A DNA stretch of 64,000 bases, from IMG/VR virus record IMGVR_UViG_3300037308_000217, positions 1 to 64,000 of that record; one strand, 5' to 3'. The notes beneath the pieces were generated by a model that was not told the origin of the DNA, made no database searches, and was given only the letters and a program-made list of their open reading frames with translations. Source of the stretch: a virus. Both the position numbers and the translations under genes were made by a program. Below are positions 52,489-61,018 of the stretch, in pieces (within the stretch, counting starts at the first letter, position 1; every line of letters begins with the position of its first letter).

Positions 52489-53703
52489 CTAGGCCGCCCG
52501 GGCTTCGGTTTCGATCTTGGTCGGGACGCAGCGGCTCAGGCAGGTTTCTTTCACGCCCTGGTACTCCCCGTGCCGCTTGACCGTCCCCTTCACCAGGTAG
52601 GTCCCGCCAATGTCCAGGCCCACATTCCGGCTGGAAGCCCAAACGAACCGGTGGCCGGCGGCATCCGTGAAGCGGTAGAACGTGGTGACCCCGAAATCCC
52701 CCAGCCACTCGTGCTGGCCGGTCAGGGTCAGCGTCCAAGTCTCGCGCTTCCCCACCGTCCCCACCCAGTCGTTGTTGACCCCGGCCTTGGCCGCCTCAGC
52801 CGCCGCAGCCTTCGCCAGGACCCGGTTGTGGGCGTTGATCATGCTGGCCGCGAGCCCGCTGGTCTGGGCCGTGGTGACCCCGACTCCGGAGAGCACCTTC
52901 AGGTCGTGCTCGTAGGAGTTTTTGGGGTCGAGGCCAGCCGCCCACGCGAGAGCGGCCGCAGCCGCCGCCTCGTGTTTCGCGGTGGGCTCGACTTCCCGCT
53001 TCCGGAGCGCCTCGCAGACCCTGCACACCGGCTTGGTGCAGGTCAGGAGGTGGAAGGCGTCATCCGCGGTGGCTGTCGTGCCGTCCATCCGGTCCCGGGC
53101 CGTGGCGCGCGACACCCAGCCCCAAGCGCTGGTCAGGGCCGCCACCTGGGACAGGAACAGTGGCATCGGAAGGACCCAGGGGGTGTTGGCCAGGCCGCCC
53201 TCGCCCCACTCCTCCCCGACCGCGTCCGGAATCCCCATCAGGAAGGTGGCCAGCTGGGCCAGGTCGCCCGGGTCATCGTGTCCCAGGAAGTCCGCCAGGC
53301 ACTGCCGGCCCACCCGCTTGATCTCCCCGCCCTCGTGCCGGACAACGAACGTGTCGTGCCGCTGCCGGACTTTCTGGCAGTGGTCGCACTCCGGTCCGGA
53401 ATCCCACAGCTCCGGCGGCACCGTCTCCCCGGGGACCTCCCGGACGATGGCCGGCCCCAGGTCGAAATTCAGGACCCCGATCAGGCTCCAGCCGGCCAGG
53501 CTGGGGGCCTCACCATTGACCTCGACCGCGACCAGGGGGAGCACCTCGTTTTTGCGGAAGGGGTGGGGGCGGGACCGCTTGACATCCAGAACCTGCCGCC
53601 AGGCGAAGGGCGTGCCGCACTTCGCGGCAGCCTTTTCGATCCGGGCCATCTTTTCCGCAAACCGGGGGAGGTTCGCTTCCGGAATCAGAAAACTTGCCCA
53701 CAT
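52489..53703 (-). CDS. Unknown protein (404 aa) with its own promoter inside the baseplate operon (moron-like)
   Basis: The ATG at 53703 follows GAAAGGAGGCGCGCG, 27 nt downstream of promoter copy 4. It contains CDHC...VGRQCLADFLG and a C-terminal beta-rich (OB-like) segment. Confidence 0.7.
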   Translation of the reverse strand: MWASFLIPEANLPRFAEKMARIEKAAAKCGTPFAWRQVLDVKRSRPHPFRKNEVLPLVAVEVNGEAPSLAGWSLIGVLNFDLGPAIVREVPGETVPPELWDSGPECDHCQKVRQRHDTFVVRHEGGEIKRVGRQCLADFLGHDDPGDLAQLATFLMGIPDAVGEEWGEGGLANTPWVLPMPLFLSQVAALTSAWGWVSRATARDRMDGTTATADDAFHLLTCTKPVCRVCEALRKREVEPTAKHEAAAAAALAWAAGLDPKNSYEHDLKVLSGVGVTTAQTSGLAASMINAHNRVLAKAAAAEAAKAGVNNDWVGTVGKRETWTLTLTGQHEWLGDFGVTTFYRFTDAAGHRFVWASSRNVGLDIGGTYLVKGTVKRHGEYQGVKETCLSRCVPTKIETEARAA

Positions 53704-53729
53704 CGCGCGCCTCCTTTCCTCACAAGAAC

Positions 53730-53758
53730 AATATACGGCATTTTGCCGTAACATGCAA
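53730..53758 (-). promoter_or_regulatory. Sigma70-type promoter with a spacer palindrome (copy 4)
   Basis: Minus strand reads AAAATAAAG-TTGCAT-gttACGGCAAAATGCCG-TATATT. Confidence 0.75.
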
Positions 53759-53802
53759 CTTTATTTTGGGCAAGGGAGGTTTCGTCACAGGGGCAGGTTG
53801 TT

Positions 53803-54294
53803 TCAGAGTACGGGGAAGGTAACCGGCGGGCCGGCGGTGTTGATGGCGATGCCGCCGAGCCCAGCCGATGCGTGCTGGACCGCGGCAATAGCTGCGGTAG
53901 CATCGACCTTGGACAAGCTGCCCGCCACGTTGGCGACGAATACCGGCAGCAGCGCGGCCAGGAGCGTGGCCAGCCCTGGGGGTGGGGTCACCGAGGCCAG
54001 CGGCGGGGCCAGCGGCCAGATGGCGACCGCAGCCAGTGAGATGCCGCCCCAGTAAGCCGCCAGTGACGCGACGTACAGCGCTGGACCGGCTCCAGGCGCC
54101 GACATCCCGGCCAGCGCCGCTTGCATCGCCAGCCGGGCCGGCTCGGTCGTGCCGGGCACCACGGGCACGCCCGCAACCGTGGCCCCCTGGAAGTAGTTGT
54201 CCCAGGCCGTGCTGAGATTCTCGGCCGCCACCAGCTCGTCGAGAGTTTCGACCAGGGCAGCCAGCTCGGATGCGAGAACGCTTTGGTCGAGCAT
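53803..54294 (-). CDS. Ala/Leu-rich hypothetical baseplate-module protein
   Basis: 163-aa ORF directly after the spike gene. Confidence 0.5.
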   Translation of the reverse strand: MLDQSVLASELAALVETLDELVAAENLSTAWDNYFQGATVAGVPVVPGTTEPARLAMQAALAGMSAPGAGPALYVASLAAYWGGISLAAVAIWPLAPPLASVTPPPGLATLLAALLPVFVANVAGSLSKVDATAAIAAVQHASAGLGGIAINTAGPPVTFPVL

Positions 54295-54295
54295 G

Positions 54296-55330
54296 TCACA
54301 AGTCCGGAGTCTTGAGCTTGCTGCTCTTGATGGTGGGGTCCCACGGGGGCACGACCAGCACAGGCGCGGCCGGGCCGCTCGGCCCCCAAGCGGTCGGGTG
54401 GACGTGCGGGTTGTAGGTTTCCAGCGCCGTTTTCAGGTTGCCGTACAGCGTTTCGAGGTGCTCGCTGATCGTCATGCTGACCGCGCCATCACCCAGCGTC
54501 GCTTTGGCGTTGGCGTCCTTCCCCTCGATCTTGAGCGCGGCCCCCGCTTCGATCACCAGCTCCAGCAGCGCCTTGGTGATGGCCAGCTCGGTCACTACCT
54601 GGGGGCTCGCCGGGTTGCTCATGTCCATCAAGGTGACGACGTACTGGGCATCCTGGGGCAGCGTGTGAAACTGGCTTCCGGAGCCATCGGTGGGCGGCGC
54701 CTTTTCCTTGCCGTTGGGCTCCAGCTCACCGGCGTTGGCCTGGGTCGTATCGACCACCCAGTCCCCGTTGTCGGCTACCCCGTAGAATACGCCGTGGTGT
54801 TTCCAGAAGTCCGGATCACCGTCCACAGCTTTCAGGCGCATCCGGTTGCCGACCGCCTTGTCCTCGTTGCCCACGTCGTTGGCCGGGTGCGGCAGCGCGC
54901 CCAGGATGACCGGCCGCGTGTGCGTGCCGTCCAGAAAGCCAACCAAAACGTGGTCGCCATCGACGTTGGCCAGGTTGGTGCCCTTTTCGATGTCCAGGGT
55001 CCCACCGGTGATGTCGAATGACGCTGCCCGGGGCTTCCAGATGCGGCCGCTGTGCAGCCCAGACCGGTCCTGGACCACCGGGACCGCCCGCAGCAGCTGG
55101 TAGCGGATGCTGGGCTGGCCGCTGTAGACCACCACGTCGCAGTAGACCCCGATCGCCTTGTCCTCGGGGGGCACCGGCGCCGCGTCGTCGTCGGTGACGT
55201 AGGTGGTGACGACCACGCCGCGGAGCATCAAGCCGCGCGGGTTGCCCATGTCCTGCTGACTCCGCTTGTGCGGGATTCCGGATTGCAGCAGCGTGCCGGT
55301 GCCGGTGACCCGGCTGGTCAGCTCTTTCAT
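54296..55330 (-). CDS. Baseplate spike (gpV / gp5-OB / VgrG-like)
   Basis: GDHVLVGFLDGTHTRPVILGALPH is the typical spike OB-fold motif. The position after the hub gene also supports the call. Confidence 0.65.
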   Translation of the reverse strand: MKELTSRVTGTGTLLQSGIPHKRSQQDMGNPRGLMLRGVVVTTYVTDDDAAPVPPEDKAIGVYCDVVVYSGQPSIRYQLLRAVPVVQDRSGLHSGRIWKPRAASFDITGGTLDIEKGTNLANVDGDHVLVGFLDGTHTRPVILGALPHPANDVGNEDKAVGNRMRLKAVDGDPDFWKHHGVFYGVADNGDWVVDTTQANAGELEPNGKEKAPPTDGSGSQFHTLPQDAQYVVTLMDMSNPASPQVVTELAITKALLELVIEAGAALKIEGKDANAKATLGDGAVSMTISEHLETLYGNLKTALETYNPHVHPTAWGPSGPAAPVLVVPPWDPTIKSSKLKTPDL

Positions 55331-56805
55331 GGGACCCCCGCGCTCACCGGGTAATCCACACCGGGCTGGGCCTCTGCTCCTGGAGCGTAGTCGAATGCCT
55401 TTTTGCCCAGCGCCCGCAACAGGGAGTCATCGGTCCCACGCCAGCCGCGGGTGATGCCCCCGGTCGTCCGGATACCCTGGCCAAACGCCCAGTTGTGCTG
55501 GATCGACTCGATATAGTACGTCTCCTGATCCTCCTCCCCGTACTGGCCGGGAATCCGGAGTCGCCCGCCCACGCGGATGTCGGGGCGGCCCACGCCTGTC
55601 GTGAACGTGCCGTTGAGCAGGTAGGGGTTAAGGCAGTACCAGTCGCGGACGCGCTCCCGCAGCTGCTCGGCCACGGCCGGGTCCATGCTGACATAGGACG
55701 TGGTCAGGTCGAACCGGCGCAAGCCATGGGCTTCAATGTCGTTTTTGTCCCACAGAGGGGCATTCAAGTCGATTGAGCCGCTGCCGGCTGTGCCTTGCAG
55801 GATCAAGGGCGAGACGAAAAAGGCGTTGTACCGCTCCAGCCCGCTGCGGCCGGTGCTCAGGTCGCGCAGCTGCTGTCGCGGGATGGTGTAGAGCGGCAGC
55901 GAAAACCAGGGGGAGTCCTTCCCCGCGTCCAGCCGGGGGAAGGGCCGGTCACGCAGCGTGACGACCATCCGCGACGATTGCGGAGTCAGCTCGGCCTCAT
56001 TGACCTGGTCGATCGCCTGCGCGGGCAGCAAGTCCGCCCACAGCTCGCAAAACATCGGGTCCGACCACTCCCGGGCCAGCGCCCAGCAGTTGCCGTCCGG
56101 AAGCAGGAAATTGGCGCTGGCCGCAATGCGGTGGGGCTGCCGCTTCTGCCCGGGCGCCACGTCGGTCCGGAGATCGAAGTTGGTCACCAGGGTCGGGCCA
56201 GTCGTATTGGGCATCTCCTCCGGTATCGTCCAGTTGGCGCGGCCGCGATCCCCGAACTCCTGGAGAAACCCCTTAAGAATCAGGTCTACCGCCTCGTCGA
56301 TGGCCAGCTCCATGATGGTGTTGGGGCCGGTCATCAACTTGTAGGCGAACGTGCCCGCGACATTTTCCGACGTGAACCGATTGAACCAGATGGGGGTCAG
56401 CTCCCAGACCTTGGTGAAGTCCCGGCCAGTGATCGAGATAACCTCGGTAGTGGCGCCCGACCCACCCACTGCCAGGTCCCTCCGGATTTCATCCACCATC
56501 CCGCGCATGACGTGCCAGCGCCGGCCGTGCCGGGTGAACGTGATGTCCACCCAGTCGTCATCCACGACCTTGTCCAGCAAGTCCTCCCAGCCCTTGGTTG
56601 GCTTGGCGGCCAGGCTCCAGGTTCCGGAACCGGCCGACAGACTTTTCTGGGTCTGGACCGACAGCAGACACGGTCGCTGGTCGCCCAGGCGCTGGCCCGT
56701 AAACTCGCTCATGCCCGCGCTGAGCAGCACCACCGGGTCGGTGCCCCGATGGTAGATGGTGACCTCAGCGGATGATGTTTCAGAGCCCTGGAAGGATGGC
56801 ATCAA
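55327..56805 (-). CDS. Baseplate hub / gpD-like tail protein
   Basis: 492-aa ORF between the tape measure and the spike. The call rests on position and size only. Confidence 0.45.
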   Translation of the reverse strand: MMPSFQGSETSSAEVTIYHRGTDPVVLLSAGMSEFTGQRLGDQRPCLLSVQTQKSLSAGSGTWSLAAKPTKGWEDLLDKVVDDDWVDITFTRHGRRWHVMRGMVDEIRRDLAVGGSGATTEVISITGRDFTKVWELTPIWFNRFTSENVAGTFAYKLMTGPNTIMELAIDEAVDLILKGFLQEFGDRGRANWTIPEEMPNTTGPTLVTNFDLRTDVAPGQKRQPHRIAASANFLLPDGNCWALAREWSDPMFCELWADLLPAQAIDQVNEAELTPQSSRMVVTLRDRPFPRLDAGKDSPWFSLPLYTIPRQQLRDLSTGRSGLERYNAFFVSPLILQGTAGSGSIDLNAPLWDKNDIEAHGLRRFDLTTSYVSMDPAVAEQLRERVRDWYCLNPYLLNGTFTTGVGRPDIRVGGRLRIPGQYGEEDQETYYIESIQHNWAFGQGIRTTGGITRGWRGTDDSLLRALGKKAFDYAPGAEAQPGVDYPVSAGVP

Positions 56806-59033
56806 TCAAATCCTATCGAGTGCTTCCGGACCCAGTCGCGCATCGCGTCGATCAGTGCCGGCAGCTCCACCGTGATCTGCTCGACCTTTTCGGTCAGCTT
56901 GGTGATGGTTGGGCCGATGTTTTTGGTGAAGGTATTGTTGACGTTGGCCGTGGCGCTTTCCATGTTCTGCGCCGCAGTCAGCATCTGCTCACCAGCAGCC
57001 AGTTGCTTGTTCTGGATGGCGGCCTGGCGTTGCAGTGCGGGGGCGGCTTCTTTCATCAACTCGGCCACGTTGCCCAGCAAGTCCTCGGGGCCTTGCATCC
57101 CCTTGACGCGCTCAGCCAGGATCTGTTGCAGCTTGGCCGTGTCCTCGGGGGTCGCAGTTCCCTCCAGATGCCGCTGCACCATCCCCGACTCTTGCCATCC
57201 CATCTTGACGCCCCAGCCGGACAGCGCTTGGCGCAGACCGAGCTGCCCCAGCTCACCACCACCGGACGCCTGGACGATTTTCCGGAAAAAGTCGGTCATC
57301 TGCTCGCCGCCAAAGCCGCCCTGCTCCAGCTGGGTCATGCTCTTGACGTAGCCCCCGACTCCCCCACCCTTGAAGCCACCCAGCGTCTGCATCGCCAGGA
57401 TGTCCATCGGGCTCTGGATCATGCCCCGGCCGGCCAGGCCCTGAGCAGCTCCGGAAACCGCAGCCCCGACTGCAAAGCCGCGGGTCGCCCCCAACCCCAT
57501 CCCGGATGCCGCCCGGCTCATGTCCCCGATGCTGACTGGGTTGATCGGCATACCGGTCTGCTGGAATTGCTGGATGCCGGCGGCCATGATCTGCATGTAC
57601 TCGGGCACCTCGCTGCCCCGCAGACCCATCTCGACCGCATCCGACAGCGACTTGGTCATCGCCTCAGCGGCATTCATGCCACCCATGCCCGCGATACCCC
57701 CGCGGCGTGCCCCGCGCAGGAAGGCTCCGGAGACTTCCGGGCCAACCCCATACCCCGTTTGCGCGGCAAACCCGGTCTGGATCATCCCCTGGCGCCGCAT
57801 CTCCGCGAACGTGCCCCCACCGGCCTGGGAGATCGCCCCCGCCGCCTGGAGCGACTCGATCGCATTCATACCGGCGTACTGGCGCCCAGCACCCCGGATC
57901 ACCTCCTCGATCCCGCCGCGGTAGAACTTCGCCTTGGTCGCTTTCTCGGCTGCGGCCATCCGCCCCTTGCGGACCCCCTCAGCCTCACGCGAAAACTCCA
58001 GGACTGCCTGGCGCTCAGCCTCCCCCTGGGTCAACCCCCGGGGGGTAGGCCCGCCGGCTTCCGCCGGCATGTGGGCTATGGTGGTTTCGGACTGAGGCAT
58101 CAACTGAAGCCCAGGGGCCGACAGCCGCGCTGCTCGCTCCTGGATCGACATCCCCTTGTTGGACACGGTCTGGCGGCCAGCCGCAGCTCGGGCCGCCTCG
58201 ATCTGCCCCGCAGTCGCCCGCTGCGTGAAAAAGCCCTTTTCCATCCCGATCTGAGGCAGCAGCTCCCGCAGCGCCGTTTGTCGCTGGAGGGCCATCCCGG
58301 CAAAGCCGGCCGTGGCCTGGAGCTGCCCCGCCAGGACCCCGCCAATGAGCGGGATGCCCTGCGCCGCAGTGGCCAGACCCTGCATCCCCTGGAATGGCGT
58401 TTGGGCCATACCGCCCAGGATCGTCTTGGGACGCTCGTAGAGCATCCCCCGGGCTGCGCCACCGATTGCAGCGCCGGCCGCCTGCTGGAGGGCGCCTGGG
58501 CCTCGCTGGATAAGATTTCCGCCCGGGACTGCCCCCTGGAGCAAACCCTGGAGGAAAGCCCCCCGGGACAGGATCACCGCCTGTTGGTAGCGGACAATCT
58601 CGCCCGCTTCCTTGCGGTGCTCCTGATTCAGCGATTTCAGCTCAAACCGCGTGTTCCTGATCTGGTTTTGGACCCGCTTGAGGTTGTCCGCGAACTCGTT
58701 GTAGGCGTCGCTGCCTTTTTTGACCTTTTCCAGCTCATTCAGCGTGGCGTTTTGCTGCTTGGCCAGATCCGCGAGGCGCTGCTTGAGGGAGATGACATTT
58801 TTCTGGAAAATGGCCGCTTCGGCCGACATCTTGGGGAAGCCGGCCGCTGCTCTGAATTTCTGCCAGAACGTGCCGTAGCGCTGACCCTGGCGCATCAGCA
58901 GCTCGAACCCCTTGTTCTGGTCCGCGACCGCCTTGCTGGCCGCCGCCCCGAATTTGGTGATTTCGGTCTGGGTTTGGGTGAGCCCCTTGCCCCTTCCCTC
59001 GACGACCAGGCTGACTTTACGTTCCACGGTCAA
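56802..59033 (-). CDS. Tail tape measure protein
   Basis: 743 aa, A/G/Q/M-rich and helical. It lies directly downstream of the chaperone pair. Confidence 0.8.
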   Translation of the reverse strand: MTVERKVSLVVEGRGKGLTQTQTEITKFGAAASKAVADQNKGFELLMRQGQRYGTFWQKFRAAAGFPKMSAEAAIFQKNVISLKQRLADLAKQQNATLNELEKVKKGSDAYNEFADNLKRVQNQIRNTRFELKSLNQEHRKEAGEIVRYQQAVILSRGAFLQGLLQGAVPGGNLIQRGPGALQQAAGAAIGGAARGMLYERPKTILGGMAQTPFQGMQGLATAAQGIPLIGGVLAGQLQATAGFAGMALQRQTALRELLPQIGMEKGFFTQRATAGQIEAARAAAGRQTVSNKGMSIQERAARLSAPGLQLMPQSETTIAHMPAEAGGPTPRGLTQGEAERQAVLEFSREAEGVRKGRMAAAEKATKAKFYRGGIEEVIRGAGRQYAGMNAIESLQAAGAISQAGGGTFAEMRRQGMIQTGFAAQTGYGVGPEVSGAFLRGARRGGIAGMGGMNAAEAMTKSLSDAVEMGLRGSEVPEYMQIMAAGIQQFQQTGMPINPVSIGDMSRAASGMGLGATRGFAVGAAVSGAAQGLAGRGMIQSPMDILAMQTLGGFKGGGVGGYVKSMTQLEQGGFGGEQMTDFFRKIVQASGGGELGQLGLRQALSGWGVKMGWQESGMVQRHLEGTATPEDTAKLQQILAERVKGMQGPEDLLGNVAELMKEAAPALQRQAAIQNKQLAAGEQMLTAAQNMESATANVNNTFTKNIGPTITKLTEKVEQITVELPALIDAMRDWVRKHSIGFD

Positions 59034-59437
59034 CGCTCCTGCTTTTCGTCCAGGTTGGGCATCTTGCCCTCAGCCCACTCCCGTTCCCATTTGTCGATCA
59101 GCGGGTCCCCGGTGCTGCTGCCCTCCGGACGCGGATTGAGCACATCATCCAGCTTGGCCAGCGCCGTCGTCAACCTGCGTCGCCCCTCCGCATTCAGATC
59201 ATCGTCCTCCAGCTGGCGCTCCAGCTCCTGCTGCCGGGCCAGGACATCGTCCCACCACTCCCGCTGCAAGTCGCCCAGCGTGCGGGATTGGTACAGCGGG
59301 TGGTTGGGCGGGAGCGAGTATTTTCCCGACCACCACCGCGCGAGCATCGCTTCGATGTCGTCAAACTGACGCTGTGCCAGATGCTTCTGGTTCGTCCCAT
59401 CCGAAAAACGTAGCCTCGTGCGAGGCCACCTCCTCAT
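59030..59437 (-). CDS. Tail assembly chaperone, frameshift-extension ORF (T / E'-like)
   Basis: It overlaps the preceding ORF by 77 nt, has no RBS before its ATG, and its stop is coupled to the tape measure start. Confidence 0.55.
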   Translation of the reverse strand: MRRWPRTRLRFSDGTNQKHLAQRQFDDIEAMLARWWSGKYSLPPNHPLYQSRTLGDLQREWWDDVLARQQELERQLEDDDLNAEGRRRLTTALAKLDDVLNPRPEGSSTGDPLIDKWEREWAEGKMPNLDEKQER

Positions 59438-59849
59438 AAAGCCGGTACAGGATGCGGGTGTCCTTCAGGCTCCGGAGATCCTTGGCCCAGTCCGGACGCT
59501 CGGTGCCCAGCGAGAACTCCATGTGCGCGATCATCAGGTTGATCTCGCGGGTCATCTCGTCGAGCGACGCCATCGGGAGTCCGCCCGCGAGCTGGGCGCG
59601 CATCAAGCCCGCCGCCCCGCGCTGCGCGATGGTCAGGATCTTGTTGGTGAAGGACCCCGCCCACCGCCGACCGCGCGAGTCGGTCCAGTCGAAATCGAAC
59701 GGGTACACATCCCTCAGCTTGGGATCGTCGGGGTCCGCCTTGGGCGCTGGGGCGGGAATTGCCGCTTTCTCGGCGGCTTCCCGCAGCTGCTCGGTGTCGG
59801 TCATGGCCAGGTGCGTGGGGTTGGACAGCTTCTCGATCGGATTGGACAT
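59361..59849 (-). CDS. Tail assembly chaperone (G / E-like)
   Basis: 162-aa acidic ORF with RBS AAGGGAGGCATCCA. Its position between tube and tape measure supports the call. Confidence 0.6.
   Translation of the reverse strand: MSNPIEKLSNPTHLAMTDTEQLREAAEKAAIPAPAPKADPDDPKLRDVYPFDFDWTDSRGRRWAGSFTNKILTIAQRGAAGLMRAQLAGGLPMASLDEMTREINLMIAHMEFSLGTERPDWAKDLRSLKDTRILYRLYEEVASHEATFFGWDEPEASGTASV
59404..59408 (-). other. Candidate recoding site: T5 run (ACG-TTT-TTC-GGA) allowing a +1/-2 slip into the extension frame
   Basis: tRNA-Phe on TTT (59408-59406) can re-pair on TTT (59407-59405). The next codon, TCG, is in the frame of 59030..59437. Confidence 0.4.
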
Positions 59850-59910
59850 TGGATGCCTCCCTTGACCCGGCAGCCTGCCAGGGTTGGCAACGCTAGATCA
59901 AGGGCTGGCG

Positions 59911-59959
59911 GAAAAAGGCTGGGGACCGCAGCCGGGGGGGCGGAACCGCGGTCCCCAGC
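59911..59959 (-). terminator. Rho-independent terminator downstream of the HNH insert
   Basis: Minus strand: a perfect 12-bp stem GCTGGGGACCGC / GCGGTCCCCAGC, an 18-nt loop, then C-TTTTT. Confidence 0.75.
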
Positions 59960-59997
59960 AGAACCATGTTTTATTAATATCCGGAAAGGTGGAATTG

Positions 59998-60507
59998 TCA
60001 ATGCGCTTCGCTGTAAATGTAGGTCAGAGGGGCATCGGTTTTGTGATGGTATTGGTGGCAAGCCTCACAATGGAAAAGATGCAGATTCGGGATTTCGTTA
60101 TTTTGCCCATTGCCATCTTTGTGGTGGACGCGCTCCCGGCGAGTAAGGGGACGGCCAATAGTTTGCTCCATCAAAAACCGGTGAAGCCTCTGGAATTTCC
60201 CGTTATGGCAGATGAATCTATAGGTAGCCCGCTGCCCCCCTTTCCAGAAATGGCTACTTTCCCCCGTGATGCTCTGTCTGTAGCATTCGCGCGAACAGTA
60301 TTTGGCGACCGTTAGCTTACTCTGAAAAGGTTTACCGCATTTTGCGCAAACGAACCCATATCGAGTCACGTTCCCCTTGTTCCAAGGGGCTACCCCATTT
60401 TTTCTGGGATTGCGCCCCGGCATCCGGATGTGGTGCCCGTGGACAAATTGTTTTTCTGGCGATGCAACGCGCTGGCCACAACCGCAGAGACAGATCGGGT
60501 TATCCAT
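59998..60507 (-). CDS. HNH homing endonuclease
   Basis: HHKDGNGQNNEIPNLHLFHCEACH plus several CxxC pairs. GC is lower than in the flanks. The ATG at 60507 follows AAGGG (the ORF track uses the TTG at 60513). Confidence 0.8.
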   Translation of the reverse strand: MDNPICLCGCGQRVASPEKQFVHGHHIRMPGRNPRKNGVAPWNKGNVTRYGFVCAKCGKPFQSKLTVAKYCSRECYRQSITGESSHFWKGGQRATYRFICHNGKFQRLHRFLMEQTIGRPLTRRERVHHKDGNGQNNEIPNLHLFHCEACHQYHHKTDAPLTYIYSEAH

Positions 60508-60556
60508 AGACAACCCTTTTATCGGGGCATCTTCGTCCTGTCAAGGTCTATAAACG

Positions 60557-61006
60557 TCAGACCTCGCTCTCATCTTTTATCCGGATGGCCACGAAGGTCA
60601 CGTCCTCGCCCGTGATCGTGCCGCGGTCGATCGTCCAGTTGTGCGACTGCACCTTGACCCGCTCGACCGTGCAGATGGTCTTGCCCGTCTTGGTGTCCTC
60701 GATCGTCGCCACCATCTCACCGACCAGCAGCACGTTCCGGAGGTGCTCGTCGCTGTTGGCGCCGGCAGACGGGAAAAACCCGTGGCTCTTGAGAGTCTCC
60801 CCGTAGAGCCGGAACAGCCGCGCCGAGAACTCGACCGCGTACCGAATCGGGACGTGCTCGTCCACTTCGATCATGTCGAGCACTTCCGCCGGCTGGTACT
60901 CGACCGTTTCCGCCAGCGTCACGCCCTGTGCCCAGCCGATCTTCACCCCATTGAGTGAGAAGCGGGCGCGTGCCCCAGTGATGTACCGACCTTTTTCGCC
61001 CGGCAT
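60557..61006 (-). CDS. Tail tube protein
   Basis: 149-aa ORF immediately downstream of the sheath gene. The call rests on position and size. Confidence 0.6.
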   Translation of the reverse strand: MPGEKGRYITGARARFSLNGVKIGWAQGVTLAETVEYQPAEVLDMIEVDEHVPIRYAVEFSARLFRLYGETLKSHGFFPSAGANSDEHLRNVLLVGEMVATIEDTKTGKTICTVERVKVQSHNWTIDRGTITGEDVTFVAIRIKDESEV

Positions 61007-61018
61007 CTTGCCCTCCTA

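Noticed and set aside
60514-60556. TTGACA-N17-TAAAAG upstream of the tube-proximal HNH gene, as a private promoter.
   Set aside because: The putative -10 overlaps the only plausible Shine-Dalgarno sequence (AAGGG) and would leave a leader of about 8 nt. The two readings are mutually exclusive and neither is verifiable here.
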